A DNA stretch of 64,000 bases from the human T2T-CHM13v2.0 reference genome, Homo sapiens (GCF_009914755.1 NC_060927.1); one strand, 5' to 3'; positions 36,464 to 50,525 are shown, numbered from the stretch's first letter. Numbers and translations are program-made. Notes: generated from the letters alone by a model not told the origin.

Positions 36464-36871
36464 TGTTAAAAGATAAGCTGAGGCATGATATTTTTTTTTC
36501 ACAGTTTATTTTTGGTTCTCTAGCTCCATGTGTTCCTTTAGTTCATGAAGAAGTAGAAGGAACAGACTTTTACAGGGTGAATGCCGAAGCAAAACAAAGC
36601 AAATTTTTGAATTATTACATTTATACAGTTGCCTTACTTTATCTATTTTGCTGGAAAAGTTCCTGGTTATACAACTATGTAAAGTTAGTAGCGTCTGATT
36701 GGTTAAGCTTAAATTCTGTTTTTCTTTAATGTTGTCATTTACAAAAATGGCCCAAGTTAAGTTTTGCTTATGTTTGCAAGTCAAATATGGTTAAGGTCAC
36801 TTATGAGGCCTAATTGGCTTTGTCTGCTCAGGTATTCTTCAAGTCTGGTCCCTACTTTATGTTATTTCACA
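36464..36871 (-). mobile_element. ERV1 LTR, MER57/MER93-group, inserted into a MIR
   Basis: TGTTAAAGATAAGCTGAGGCA...CTGATTGGTTAAGCTT...GGTCACTTATGAGGCCTAATTGGCTTTGTCTGCTCAGG. MIR-like sequence on both sides. Confidence 0.65.
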
Positions 36872-37030
36872 ATATAATAAAGATGTGATTATTTTTCCAG
36901 TTTAAAATATGCAGAGCTTTGGCAGATAGAGGCTAAACAACTTGCTAAAGGACAGTCAGATAAGAAGTTGTAGGGCTCAGCAGCCAGGGTTCTCGCTTTG
37001 AGTTACGTGTTTTTACTCCTATATTGCACT
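36872..37030 (-). mobile_element. MIR fragment
   Basis: AGAGGCTAAACAACTTGCTAAAGGACAGTCAG resembles the antisense MIR core. Confidence 0.55.
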
Positions 37031-38674
37031 CCTTCCCAGTACTGACAGGATCAAGCTAAGGAAGGAGCAATGGGTAAAATAAAGACAGTGACAAAGAAAC
37101 CTGCTCAGTTGTATCTTAATTGTCTAGGCAAAATTAGTTCAGATTATTAGATTCATTATATGATTTTCTGAAGTTTCCTCTATTCATTTTGTTTTGAAAT
37201 TTTCTGAATCTTACTTGTGTCACACTTTGTCTCTATGATAATGATTTTCTCCCTATATAATTTTTTCTTGCACCCAGAAAACAAAGCAAATCAGTGAAAG
37301 CCAGAATATTATCTCTTGATGCTATTGGAATTGCTTGTACAAATAATGTGGACTTCTTAATGCAAAAAAATTATGAGTATTAGATAGTTTTAGGTGACAG
37401 TCCCATTTCAAAATGTTTGTCTTCTCACTCATCACTGCCATGATAAGATCTATTTTTTTATGACAAGGATATTTCAATTCTGTGTATACATTCCACAAAA
37501 GCGCTAATTTTCTTTGCAACTCAAAAATAGAACATCTGCTTATATTGATCCTGTGGCTGGAAAACAATAAGAAAACCTTATTCTTTTCTTTTCCTCTGCT
37601 GTCGATATGATTGTAATGCCCTGTTGCATATTAACGACTCTTGAGATGCTTACTTGTTTGAATTTGAATGGTCAGATATAAAATGAAGCAATATCAAGTT
37701 ACAAAAGAGAAATAAACCATATTTGCTAAATACTTTCTTTACAAAATGAAAACATACACATATGATATAAAAGGCAAAATGAATGAAACATTTTAAAAGG
37801 AAGTTTTTCTTGTTTATAATCTTCCTTTCCAAGTACATGACAGCTAATGTAGTATTCATGGTCAAATTTAACTTTTGAGACCATCTGCTGTATGCAAGAT
37901 GTCATGGAAATAAAAGCTGTTTTGAAATGAAGAGAGAACAAAATCTTATTCAGAGAACACCTCCCAGCTGTGTTAGCAGTTACTGTGTAATCGTCTTTCA
38001 TTATACATGCTGTATGGGGTACGGAGGAAGATTAGAAATGCAAACCTAATGTTCTCAATTTGTACATTTCTTTTAAGACCAGATCTGCTCAGCAAAGAAT
38101 TTAACCTCAGATTCCAATTGAATCTTATAAAACATTTTGCTAAGTTACTGAATATTAACTTATTGATCATTTTAATATTCTAAAAGACACCCTAAAGACA
38201 AGAATACATGCTAAAATTCGTACATTTATGTAATACTAGGCATTAAGCAGTGTAAGACTAAGGAAAGTCAGGAGTATACTGGGATTAGCTTTGTTTTGTT
38301 GTTTTGTTTTACTTCCCATTGATTTCTACTAAAAAGGCAATGCACCATAACAAAAGGTTTAATGCTACAGGTTCTGCACTACATATGCATGTCTTTTTTT
38401 AACCTAGACATCTAGAGTTTATTATTTTTCCTCCCAAAGTTGAGCTCTGTTGTTAGTTTTATGGGCATCTTTGAAGATATTCTATTGCTTTAATTATACA
38501 GCTGTAACATATAGCTAGATAATATATAATATCTTAAGCAGAAACATAACATAGATAATATTTTGCAGCTTACTTTGCACTTATCTCACAGATCATCCCA
38601 TATTGGGTAATAAGAGCTAACTTTTACTATTTATAGTTGCTTATTTTTTCATTGTAAACACATTGTATCCAGTT

Positions 38675-39200
38675 TTTCCAGTTATATATTGCTGCGTAAC
38701 AAACTAGCTAAGACTTATTTCTTAAAGCAATTACCATTTTATTCTCTCTAAGTATTTTGTGGAAAAGGAATATGCACAGGACTCAGCTGGTTGATTTTTC
38801 TGATTCATATTGTATCAACTGGAGTAACTCATTAATATTTAGATGATGTTCGGGCCAGGCTGGATTATAGAGAACGGACGATCTCACAGGTCTGGGGCCC
38901 TGATGGACATAGCCAGAGGCCTGCGCTTAATTGGCCTTTTCCAAATGAGATAGAGGCTTTTCCATATAGTACGTACAGCATGGTAGTTGACCTTCCTACA
39001 AACAACTCAGAGGTCATAATACCTAGGTGGATGCTTCCAACCTTGTTAGAGGCAATGCCTCAGACAGGCAAAGCATCATTTCTTTGATAACCTGTAACCA
39101 GAGCAGTCACAGACCAGGTCAGATTCAAGCAGAAGTAGAGAAGTTCTTGATTCTCAATAGCAGGAGTGTTATAGAATCTGTAGTCATTTTTCATACATCA
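38675..39200 (-). mobile_element. MLT1 (F/G/H-like) MaLR LTR within old L1ME sequence
   Basis: CAGTTATATATTGCTGCGTAACAAACTA...CTTAAAGCAA...GTCACAGACCAGGTCAGATTCAAG. Confidence 0.65.
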
Positions 39201-41399
39201 TACCAGTGTTTTGTTAAACAACAACAAATGCCAATAATTTTGTTATATAGTTATTTTGTGATTATATTTGTAAAACACATCATTAGAAATGATATTTATG
39301 AGTGATTTGCATTTATGATTTTGACAAATATTGCCAAATATTTTGCAGAAGTATTTTACTATGTCTTACTCCTCTTTATTTATCACAACAGCGCCCAACA
39401 AAAAATATGGTGTTTCAAAATATTTGAAAAAGTAAAGAACATAGGACTGGAGGGCAGGACGTAGTGTAGTGGGAAGAAAAGAAGAGCAGGAAGAAAGAGT
39501 TACGAAAATTAAAAAATAATAGGGCAAGAGAGAAACCCAAGATTTGAAAGTCATTAAAGTTCCTCAAATCTGTTTGTTTCTTTTCTGTTAAAACACAAAA
39601 CTGAATTAGATAGTCTCTGAGGCCCATTTTGTCACTGACATTGTATAATCCCATGATTATGTTTTCTTTTTATAATTAAAAAGAAGTACCACTAAAGTAT
39701 AACTTTAACATATTTTTACATTTGAAAGATTAGAGAGAATATGCAAAAACTGAAGGCCTTGCACACTTGAGATGTTCCCCCTCCTTAACACTTACGACTC
39801 TGTTAAGTATAACTGGTACTATTCATGTTTTTATCAAAAGCTTAACAATTACACGTTTAGATTTTATAATATCATCTTTACCAGACAAAACATTGATAAT
39901 AACTTTCATTTTATAGGATGTAATAGATATAGTTTTATTATTTTAATGTTTTTTAAATACTATTCATTATAACTTTCAAAAGGAGATCAAACCTTCTAGA
40001 GATCAAACACAAAGTAGGCAGAAGCACATTATGTCAAGAGCTTAACATCTGCTTCGTTTAAGCTAGAAGAAGTGTTTTACAATGTGAATTTCAGCTAAAT
40101 GTATTTAATGTGTATATTTGCAGTTGAAGATAAGACAAAATTGATTGTATTGTATCATCATAAAAATATACATTAAAAGCAATATAAAGTAAATTACTCG
40201 AATATAGATTATATCTGATAATCTCACAAAAGTTAAAAAGTTAATCTTCAGGATGCCTACAATTGAAGTAACAAGTGATCATAAAAATCACGCAAAAATA
40301 AAAATATTTGGTGAATGTATCTCAACTGCTGATGTTCTAATTTTGAGATACTATTAAAAAAAGTTAAACTGATACGTGACACCTTATAAAAGTAATGTGA
40401 AAAGGATTTTCTTATTTTCAAGACTTGTATCTCAGTTAAAATATTATTTTATTTATGTAAAATGTGGTTTGGTCAGATATTACGTAAAAAATGAAATAAT
40501 GGAAAGTTGCAATTGAAGGTTACGAATAAAACTTAAATTATCCTGTATCTGCTTTAACTTTTGTTTTATATTTTAAACATAATCTACATGATGGCCATAA
40601 TCTAGGCTTGTGTTTTAGAAACTTCCTTGTATTAACTTATTAAATTGAGGAATTAAGGTGGAGGGAAGACACATGGTGACAGATGTCATTGGCTAACTGA
40701 GATACATTTATGAAAATGATATGTAATGCATAGTACCTTTGAAAGTTTAAAGTTTGCAAATAACAGTAATTCTATTAACAACATGACTTTTTTGCCTCGT
40801 AGTCTACTATTTTTTTTTCAAATAAAATCTTAATGATAACCTATGCAATAGTCTGGCTTATAATTCATTAGAATCTTGTCCTTTAACTTATATAACTTGA
40901 GCCTTTCTCTTTTAGTGGTTTGTCTCAAGTCTTTGATGCCTTTACTTTTCTCTCCAAATAAACTATACTAGATTTCTACCAAAGGCCCCCTTGAACGATA
41001 AGCTGCAGTAGCTTGTGCTTTCCTAACTGCCCATTATTTATCAACTCCCATTTAAAATGTATTTACTTTCCCTTTCATGCTGCTAAACACTGTGGCAGAA
41101 AATCAAACCGCTTTGTTAAGTGAGTAGTTCACAATTTAATGTGATGTTTTATACACTGACACTCCCCATGCAGCCCTTCCCAGTGCCTTCTTGGTTGGCC
41201 ATTCTTTCAGAAATGTCTTCTCAATTTTCTGTTGTACCCTCTATGGCAGTGGTTTTCCATTTTTCTTTTTAAACAATGTATTTCTGAAAATTTTTCTAAA
41301 TGATGATAGCATGATCATTCATTGCTTAATATATATAAAGCATTTAAATGTCTTTATGTCTTTAATCGTTAGCCTTAGAAATTAATAAATTACTTTCTT

Positions 41400-41800
41400 T
41401 ATTGTTTTTATTCCAATGAGGAAATTAAGGCCAAAAGAAGATAAACGGCTTGGCTAGGTTTTTGTACCTAGTGAGAAAGAGGGACTATAAACCTGGGTCT
41501 ATACAGCCTCCCTCCTTTTCATTCATCCATTCAACATGCCATATATTGATTGACTGTGATGTGCTTCTGTATTAGTATTAAGTATCCAAGAGTCTAGACA
41601 AATATAGTACCTTGACTGGTAAAACTGACAGTCACTTAGAAAGGATTGAAATTGGTCAAGTGAGGACAATTTTGCCCAAATGTAACAAGGAAAAGTCCAC
41701 TGTATGCAAATTTGGAGTGGGTTTGAAACAGAAAGCTTTCATTAATTTAAAACATGTAAGCTGAGATCTGAATAACAAATAGGATTTAGCTACCCAAATT
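41400..41800 (-). mobile_element. MIR and L2 fragments
   Basis: ATGAGGAAATTAAGGCC (MIR core) followed by TTCATTCATCCATTCAACA (antisense L2 tail). Confidence 0.55.
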
Positions 41801-43692
41801 ATGTTTATGGGAAACAGGAGACACTGGACAATGCCTAATAAAATGAAATTTTTCAAGGTCAAATGTGTCCGGTTTCATAAACTGAAGAAGAGTTGCATGG
41901 GGCACAAAGAAACTGGAAAGAGGTTCATTTCTCTCCCTCTCTTTCTCTTTTTCCAAGCCTCTTCAAGTGGTTGCTACTATAAACTGCCTGTTTGCAGTAC
42001 TTTAAAAATAAATATATTTTCTTATCTTATAATATGTGTTTTAGAGTAGAATGAGAAAATATTATTTAACAAAAATCAAAACACATCTCTAATTCTAACA
42101 TCAAATGATAATCACTGTTATCTCTTTCTGTGTATATTTTCAGATATTTATTCTATATAAGAATGTGTATATTTTTATAGAAAAAATATGAACATAAATA
42201 TATTGTTTTGAATCCTTTCTATTAACATAATATCTGAAATTATTTTCTATGTTCATAAATTTTCATCTCTGACACAACACTTGAACAGTGTAGTACTGAT
42301 AGAAGAATGCACAGTCAGATCGATCAAGCAGAATAAATATTCCAAAAATGATACTGCTGTGCTGCTATGAATAAACATCACAGTCTAAAGAAGAAGTAAG
42401 TTATTTAACCATGATTTGGGGACATTTATAAAGTACATAACAAAAATCAATTTTGATCCTTGACTTCTTGTTCTCTTACACTCCACAGATTCCAAAATTA
42501 GAAGTGACTGTTTTATAAAAATTTATATCCACAAACCTGGAGTAAGATTTATTGGTATGCATATTGGTATACAATAGACATAGGCTTTGAAGTGAGAAAA
42601 ATCTATGAAATAAACAGCAGAATTTTGATGCATTTGAATATATACAAATAGGTGTTATTTTATAGTTTTAAATATATCATAAATAAAATATAAAAAATTC
42701 AAGTGAAAACTAGAAACTTACTAGCAACCTAGGCACAGTTGAGGAGTTGATATATAAGCAGCTTGTATGAAATAAGAGGGAAACTCTTAATACTCAAATA
42801 GGATAGTTGGTAATGTCATGAGCAGGCAATTCTAAAAATTTAAAAAAAATAAAAAGAGAGAAAAACAAAAAAGAATCCTCAAATCTTCTGTGAAATTTCT
42901 CTTTACATTCCTGCTATATGAAATAAAGCAAATTTCTGATGATATTAGTTTTCTTGCAGCTCTCTCAAGGAATGACACTTTCTTTTTTTTCTAATGCACC
43001 CTGATCTACACTTTGTGGAGGTGGAGCAAGGGCTCTTGCTCCTCACTGCTGTTTCTAGGTTATTCTCCTTTCTCTTTTAAAAAATCTCATGTTATCAAAT
43101 TAGCTATGTGCTAATCCCTGTTTGATGCCATCATCAGTTCTTCTATGGCCTCCTCAATGCCTAATAACTCCTGCCATAATATGGATGATGACAACATGCA
43201 GAAAGATGTTCATTACTTTGTTACTCTTACTCATGTTTCCCTGATCTACTCTCATGCAATGATGTTGTCTTCCATCACCAGTAGCCACTTAACGAATGTC
43301 ATTACCATTAACTGAAACACTTCTGTAATCTCAGTTTTAAATATCTCATTCTCCGGCCGAAAGTTCTTATCTTTCCAACTCATTCTCTCTAATGTTCCAC
43401 TTCTAACACTATTTAACTCCAGCTGTACCAATGCTCCCCTCTTTAACTTCAATTGTACCAGTGCTCCATTGATGCTACACCATCTCTCGAACCTCTTGCT
43501 TCCTTACTTTCCTCTTATTCATCATAATTCCCAAGGTGAATCATCATATTCACTTATCTCCATACATACTCATTCCCTTTCCTTTCCTCCACTTCATTTT
43601 AATTATATGAAGAACTGAAACTTTCTGCCTACTGCAGGCCTATATTGTGTTACTGAATGTAACTGGAAAAAGTACAATCATGCTGACTATGT

Positions 43693-43695
<3 letters not shown>

Positions 43696-43738
<43 letters not shown>
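43696..43738. repeat. (CA)~21 perfect microsatellite
   Basis: Directly visible. Confidence 0.98.
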
Positions 43739-43743
<5 letters not shown>

Positions 43744-44111
43744 AGTTTGTTCTCATGCTGCTAATAAAGACATACCCAAGATTGGATAATTTATAAAGAA
43801 AAGAAGTTTAATTGACTAACAGTTCAGCATAACTGGGGAGGCCTCAGGAAACTTACAATCATGGCAAAAGGGGAAGAAAACACGTCCTTCTTCACATGGC
43901 AGCAGCAAGGAGAAGTGCCAAGCAAAATGGAGAAAGCCACTTATAAAACCATCAGATCTCGTGAGAACTCACGATCATGACAAAAACAGCATAGGGATAA
44001 CCGCCTCCGTTATTCAATTACTTCCCATTGGGTCCCTCCCAGGACACATGGGGATTGTGGGAACTAAAATTCAGTATGAGATTTGGGTGGCAATGCAGGC
44101 AAACCATATTA
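43738..44111 (-). mobile_element. THE1 (C/D-like) solo LTR
   Basis: GTATTAGTTTGTTCTCATGCTGCTAATAAAGACATACCC...GAGATTTGGGTGG...AAACCATAT. Confidence 0.92.
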
Positions 44112-45799
44112 TATTTGTATGTATGTATATATATGTATGCATGTAGGTATAATATATGTATGTATGTATGGACATATAATTACTGAACCAAAACAGACCT
44201 TAATGCTACTGCCAAACTAAACTATATGTTCAAAACCATTCATTCTTTCTACATGGTTTCTACATTCTTTCTACAACTCTTTTATACATGGTCTTCTCTT
44301 TAATCTGGCTATATCTCTGGTTCAACATTACTCTCAGATGATAATTCTAATTCATACTAAATAAAGAAAAAATTATAGCAACTTAAAGACAATTTCCACA
44401 AGCTTCCACTGCTTCGTCCTTCATCATTATTATATACTCTACTCACTCCTCTTTATTCATAGACTAATATCTGGGATTCATAGCTCCCATGATGAAGTAT
44501 ATTCCTATATTCCATCGACTCTTACATTTTTAGGAATATTGTTTCACCATATTCTTTTTCTATATATCCTATATAGTATATAGAAAGGATATACTGTACC
44601 ATTCTTTCTGCTGCAAAATTAATTTTTATATCTCCTTCAACTTGAAACATGGTGCTGTTTCTCCCAACTTAGAAATGGAACAAAGTAAAAGCCTTTCTTG
44701 AGCTTATATTTCTTCTAGCTGCCACCCTACTTTCTTTCCTGTTATAGCAAAAATCTTTTTATAAGTTCTCTATATACCATCTTTCATTTCTTCCTTCTGT
44801 TTTTCTCTTGAATCTGCTTCATTTTTATATCAAAATCCTATAGCTATAATCCAGTTGAAATTCTGACCTATTTCTAGTCATTATGTTACTTTATGCATTG
44901 GCAGCATTTGATAGAGTTAGTTACTGTTCTCCTTGAAATACTTTTGTCCCTTAGCTTTACAGTCACCTGAATTTTCTACTATTTGGCTGCTCTTTCTCTT
45001 TATCTCCCTTGTTCATTAATCTAAGATCCTTGAACTTTAATCATTGTATATCCAGTAGCACAGTCGCTGGCCTTCTCTTTTCTATCCAAATAAACCTCTT
45101 GGGTTAATCTATGCTGTTCCAGAGCTTTATGCATCACTTTTACACTAATGATGTATGATAGTGTATACATTTACATCTATCTGTAGCCTAGATTCTTGTA
45201 TCTCTTCTTGGGTATCCAAGTGTTTTGAAGTTAAAGTATATCTAAAATAATTAATCTCCCCCTGCCAAACTGTTCCCTACTATATATTCATCATGTCTGC
45301 TAATGGCAACTCTCTCCTTTTGGTTGCTTAAGGCATTTGATTTGTTAATAATCTTAAAATCCCTGCCTTCAAAATATTTCTCCCTCTCACCAGCTCTGTG
45401 GCAACAGTCTCTCCTCTGCATATTTTTGTGATAATATTGTAACAGGTATCTCTCCTCCTGCTCTTCCCTCTCTACAGTTCATTCTAAAATCACCAGCCAA
45501 AGAGATCCTTTTAATACATAAGTTAGATAAAATAAGTTCCCATATTAAAACATTTCAGTGGATGCCAGTCTCACTAAGAAATTAAAACAATAACCCTTCT
45601 AATGTCCTACAAATCCCTCCATGGCTGGCCTTCCAGGATTTTGTCTGCAGCCTCATCTCTGATACTCTCTACCTTGTACATCCAGTTTCCTCTACTCTCC
45701 TTCATAGGCCAGCCATACTCACATTCACGACAGTTGCACCTGCTCTTCCCTTTGCCTGAAATGCCAAATCTAAAGGAAACTAGAAAGTTCACTCACAAC

Positions 45800-46563
45800 T
45801 GTTTATTTATCATTTTTTATTTGGAAACATTAATATACTATACTATTCAATCAGTAAGTTTTAGTATATTTTAAAAGTTTCACCACTAATTCCAAAATAC
45901 TTTTATCACCCCCCCAAAAAAAATCCCCATACCAATTTTCACTCACTTGCCGTTCCTCCCGCATACCTGTCCCAGCTGCTGACAACTGCCAATCTTCCTA
46001 TGTGTATGGTTTTGCATATTAAGCACAGTTTACATAAATGGAATGATACAATGTATGATATTCCATGATGAAAATATATAATACTACTTTTTGTTTACTC
46101 ATTCACTCATTATCAGGCATTAATGTTTCTGCTTTTTGGCTATTACAGATAAGGCAGCTATGAATATTAATGTATAGGATTTTGTGTCAAAATCTGTTTT
46201 TAATTATCTTGGCTATATACTTGGAAGTGAAATTTTGAGGTCATATGATAACTCTGTGTTTTATCTTTGAGGAACTCCTAGACTGCTTTCCAAAAAAGCA
46301 ATTTAGGAGGAATATATAAATAAATCCTTCAACTCAACAACAAAGACAACTGAATTTTAAAGTGGGCAAAGTATTTAAATAGACATTTATCCAGAGACAA
46401 TATAAAATATTCAAAAAAGTATGAAAAGATGTGAAACATTATTAGTTGTTAGGAAAATATAAATCAAAACCACAATGAGATATTACTTTATACCCCCTAA
46501 GACGGCTATAATGAAAAAGATAGACAAAAATTTGGGGTTAGTATATAGAGAAGTTTTAACCCT
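45800..46563 (-). mobile_element. Old L1M (L1MB-like), 5'-truncated with inverted 5' segment (~46305-46563 in + orientation)
   Basis: 45800-46300 is antisense L1 3' end (GCAGCTATGAATATT, TTTGAGGAACTCC). 46305-46563 is sense ORF2 (AAATCAAAACCACAATGAGATA). Confidence 0.75.
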
Positions 46564-46731
46564 GCCTTGCTTCTTAAGGTTTTTCCTCAAATGTTACCTC
46601 CTCAATTATATTGTTTCTGTTCACTACGTAAACATTCAAATTCCTTTACACCAAACTCACTCAAAACTTGCCATCTCCAATATCATATTCTTTGCTTTGT
46701 TTTCCTTCTCTACTTGGTACCTATGATCACT

Positions 46732-47075
46732 TGTGTCAGTCAGGGTTCTCCAGAGAAGCAGAACCAGTGGAACCCATGCACACGCACACGCTCACACACA
46801 CACACACACACACACACGAGAAAAAAATCGATTATAAGGCATTGGCTCATACAGTTATAGGGGATAGCAAATCTGAAATCTATAGGGAAGACCTGGTGAC
46901 TGAAAACTCTATAGGATTCAGAATTTCTATATTACAGCCCTGATGCACTTAGTTCACTAATGCTAAATGTTAGCGCTACTTACCACGTGTTTTTGCAACA
47001 ACATCTAGAGTAGTGTTTGATCAAACAACTGGGAGAAAGTCCTAGTTAAGCTGACACATAAAATAAACCATCACA
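46732..47075 (-). mobile_element. MLT2-family (ERVL) LTR containing (CA)n
   Basis: TGTGTCAGTCAGGGTTCTCCAGAGAAGCAGAACCA...AAGCTGACACATAAAATAAACCATCACA. Confidence 0.85.
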
Positions 47076-48094
47076 TTATTGGGCTTATGTTATATTTATT
47101 TTATTTAATTTCCCGTGTCCCTGACTGGAATGTAATATAAACAACATGAGGGTAGGTTTGTACTTTTATTTTGTGTGTGTTGAATCCACAGAGTTTAGAA
47201 TAGTACCTGGCATATAGTGGGTACTCAGTAATGAGTCAATGAAAGATAAAACAAAAGGGAATGAAATGCTATTTTTACTAATCAAATGTCATAGCTTAAT
47301 GTCATAGCTTATCTGTCAAGGGTGGAATAAATTACTGCTTGCATCCACAGTATATACGCATATAAAATTAAACATTTTGTAAAAGCAATTTGACAAAATA
47401 TTTTACAAAAGATTCATAGAATCAAAGCTTTAATGGAACGGTCCTGCTGCTTGTAGTCTTCTCTAAGTAACAAGGACAAATATCAATATACAAGAATACT
47501 TTTGTTTATACAGCGTGTCAATTTGAGTGAAAATTGAAAATAAGGCAAATATTTAGACAAGTTGCGATTAATCTACATATTTAGTAATTATATGCTATTG
47601 CAATCACATCCACAAAGCACTTCTACTTACTTTGGAAAGTGTTTGAATATGACCACCTTGTATGACACTCAAGGCGTGGCCATGTTTATAGCCTATTCTG
47701 TAGTCCTAATATGAGCAAATTGTCCAAGAAGAGGTTTTGAGGATTCTTCATTATTGGCGGTCAAGTGTAATACCACCGACTATATCTCTCTTTGTGACAC
47801 TACTTTCCTCTCAAGTCGGATATGATTGAATTCTGCAAAAATTCAGGTTAATAATCTGGTGAGCCAGCCAGCTACTAACAGGGCAACCAAACAACTCTTT
47901 GAGTGTGAATGAAAGAGCAATCGGATGGTTTCTAGAGAAGATATACAGAAACCAAGACCTGGTGTCAAAAGTGTTTGCTCAGTGAGAAAAAGAATGTTTG
48001 TAATAATCTTGCTAATTATTCATGGTCATACATTCAACTGAAATATATCCCAAATGGAGTTTTGAATTAATGCATATATGTATATGAAATGAAT

Positions 48095-48168
48095 ATGCAT
48101 GAAAGGAAATATATATGTGAATTATTATGTATATAAATATATTCACATATATATTTGCTTTCATGCAT
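48095..48168. repeat. Inverted repeat, 28-bp arms (27/28 matched), 18-nt spacer, followed by (TA)n
   Basis: ATGCATGAAAGGAAATATATATGTGAAT (48095-48122) versus ATTCACATATATATTTGCTTTCATGCAT (48141-48168). Confidence 0.92.
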
Positions 48169-49286
48169 TATATATATATATATATATATACACATGAAAA
48201 ATGTAACAATGCAAGCTACTAGAAAAGAAAATAATAAGAGAAAGACATTTCCTTGTTTGTAAAATCAAAGTTGCAACATCTGCTTGCTTCACCTGCTGAA
48301 AAGAATACTCCAGCTTGTACTTTATGGCTAACAAGCCTGAACACTTTGAAATACACTTTTCTAGTCACCCAACCTGTAAATTAAATACATTAGCAATGCA
48401 ACTATTGCATTGTGATTTATTCACAGGAATAAATCACGTTTTAAAAAGTTACAATGCTGAGTAACAAAAAAGTATAATCTATGTTTTACCATTAGTGTCT
48501 GAAACTTCACAATGTAAACCAGTGTTGCTGAAGTTGCAAATAGCTTCCATGACAGCTGCAATGATATGACTTTTGGACTAGGAAAGAAAATCATGCTAGA
48601 AAGCAATAACCTTTTCTGCAAATTCTCTCTACATAGCGTGTTTCTTTATTAGCATTTTCACACCTTTAATAGAAAGACCATAACATTTTCTATAGTTTAA
48701 ACTGTTGGATTACATAGTAATTTTTAAATTTAGAAAATAAATAAAACACACGAGTAGCCAATTCTAAAAAACACCCACTGGAGAGAGTCATTGTTAACAA
48801 TTAAATATATATAAATGCACACATATACATGTATATATATAAACACAAATACATTTATATACTTCTATTACAATTGCATATGTACCCTGTGTTCAATTCA
48901 GAGAACATTAAAAGGGTAAAATATCTAAGATACAAGGCAAACATAGCTCCCATACAATCATCAAAAGTCAAAGACTTTACCATTGACTTTAACATTGACA
49001 ATTTTCTTTGATTCAGTTTCTTTTTCTGAAGATTTTTCAAACAATTGTTCACATTTCAGGTTCATATTTTCTTTCACTTTCTTTTTTTTTTTTTGTTCAC
49101 TTTATCATTATCCTTGCCAGAGGGTGGTGCAAGTATTTTATCTTTTCAAAATCAATGGTCTGGCTCTTATTTATCTAATTCCTCTTCATCTGATTTAATA
49201 CTTTCTAGTTTTCCTCCGGGTTCCTTTGGAATTAAATTATTATTATTTACATATTGAATTACTTAGCTCTTAATTAAGACATATAA

Positions 49287-49634
<348 letters not shown>

Positions 49635-50419
49635 TTATGTTTCTGTTTTATGTTTGGTTTTTCTTCCTTGTTATTCCCAACTTCCCAATTCCCATTTAAA
49701 CATGGAGTAAGTTTTTAGACCATCTCTCAAGATGGAAATTTGAGACTCACCTGAATAGTAAAATGAACTGGCAGGGAAAAAATATCGAACATATCAGGTA
49801 TGTAAGCCCTAACCTTAGATTCTGATTTAGTTGCCTTCTTTCAGACTCAGACACAGGTATTTTTTAAAAAACTCTCTAAGTAGTTCAATCATACAACCAG
49901 GATTAAGAATTATTCAATTTAGGAACACAAAGAGAAATTGGGATACATTCCAAATGATTTGGATAATTAAGGCCTGAAAGTATGAACAGATTGTTCCATT
50001 TTAAATTACTTCCTGACCCAGGGTTTATTTAGATGATTGTTTTATTAATTTTTCAATTTCATTAATTTTATAAATTTACATCAGAATAAAAAATTATTCT
50101 TGTTAATTATAGAGTACACTGAAAATGCAGACAAGCACTCATTGTTCCTGGGGGTGGACAACCGAGTTCTTTCAAGTTCTTCATAACTAAATTTTGCCAG
50201 ATGTCTGGTATTTTGAGAATTTACCACATGATATGCCAAATGCCAAAGACAGTTCTATTTCTCTTTTTCTTACTAATTTATTGTAGGATAAGTCTTCTGT
50301 TGGTTTAGAAATAAGAAGCAAAGAAATCAATGGCCAACTAAAAACTCAGCACCTATTCAACGGAGCAGCTATTTTTTACCCTATATGAGCCTGCAATTTC
50401 TCTTTCAACAAAATAAAGA

Positions 50420-50525
50420 TGCTAGGACTATACACTCAGAGATTCTGTATCAGTAGGTCTGGGTTAAAATCCTGATATCTGTCCTTTTCTTAAAAGCTCA
50501 AATAGTGATTCTGATGTGCAACCAA
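50420..50525. mobile_element. MER5-like hAT/Charlie DNA transposon fragment
   Basis: CAGAGATTCTGTATCAGTAGGTCTGGG...GTGATTCTGATGTGCAACCA. Confidence 0.65.

Larger units (their letters stand above)
43050..47245 (+). mobile_element. Long fragmented L2 (host of THE1, L1M and MLT2 insertions)
   Basis: Pyrimidine-rich L2 ORF2-type sequence (CAGCATTTGATAGAGTTAG, CCAGCCAAAGAGATCCTTTTAA) and L2 tail TAGAATAGTACCTGGCATATAGTGGGTACTCAGTAA at ~47196-47231. Confidence 0.7.
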
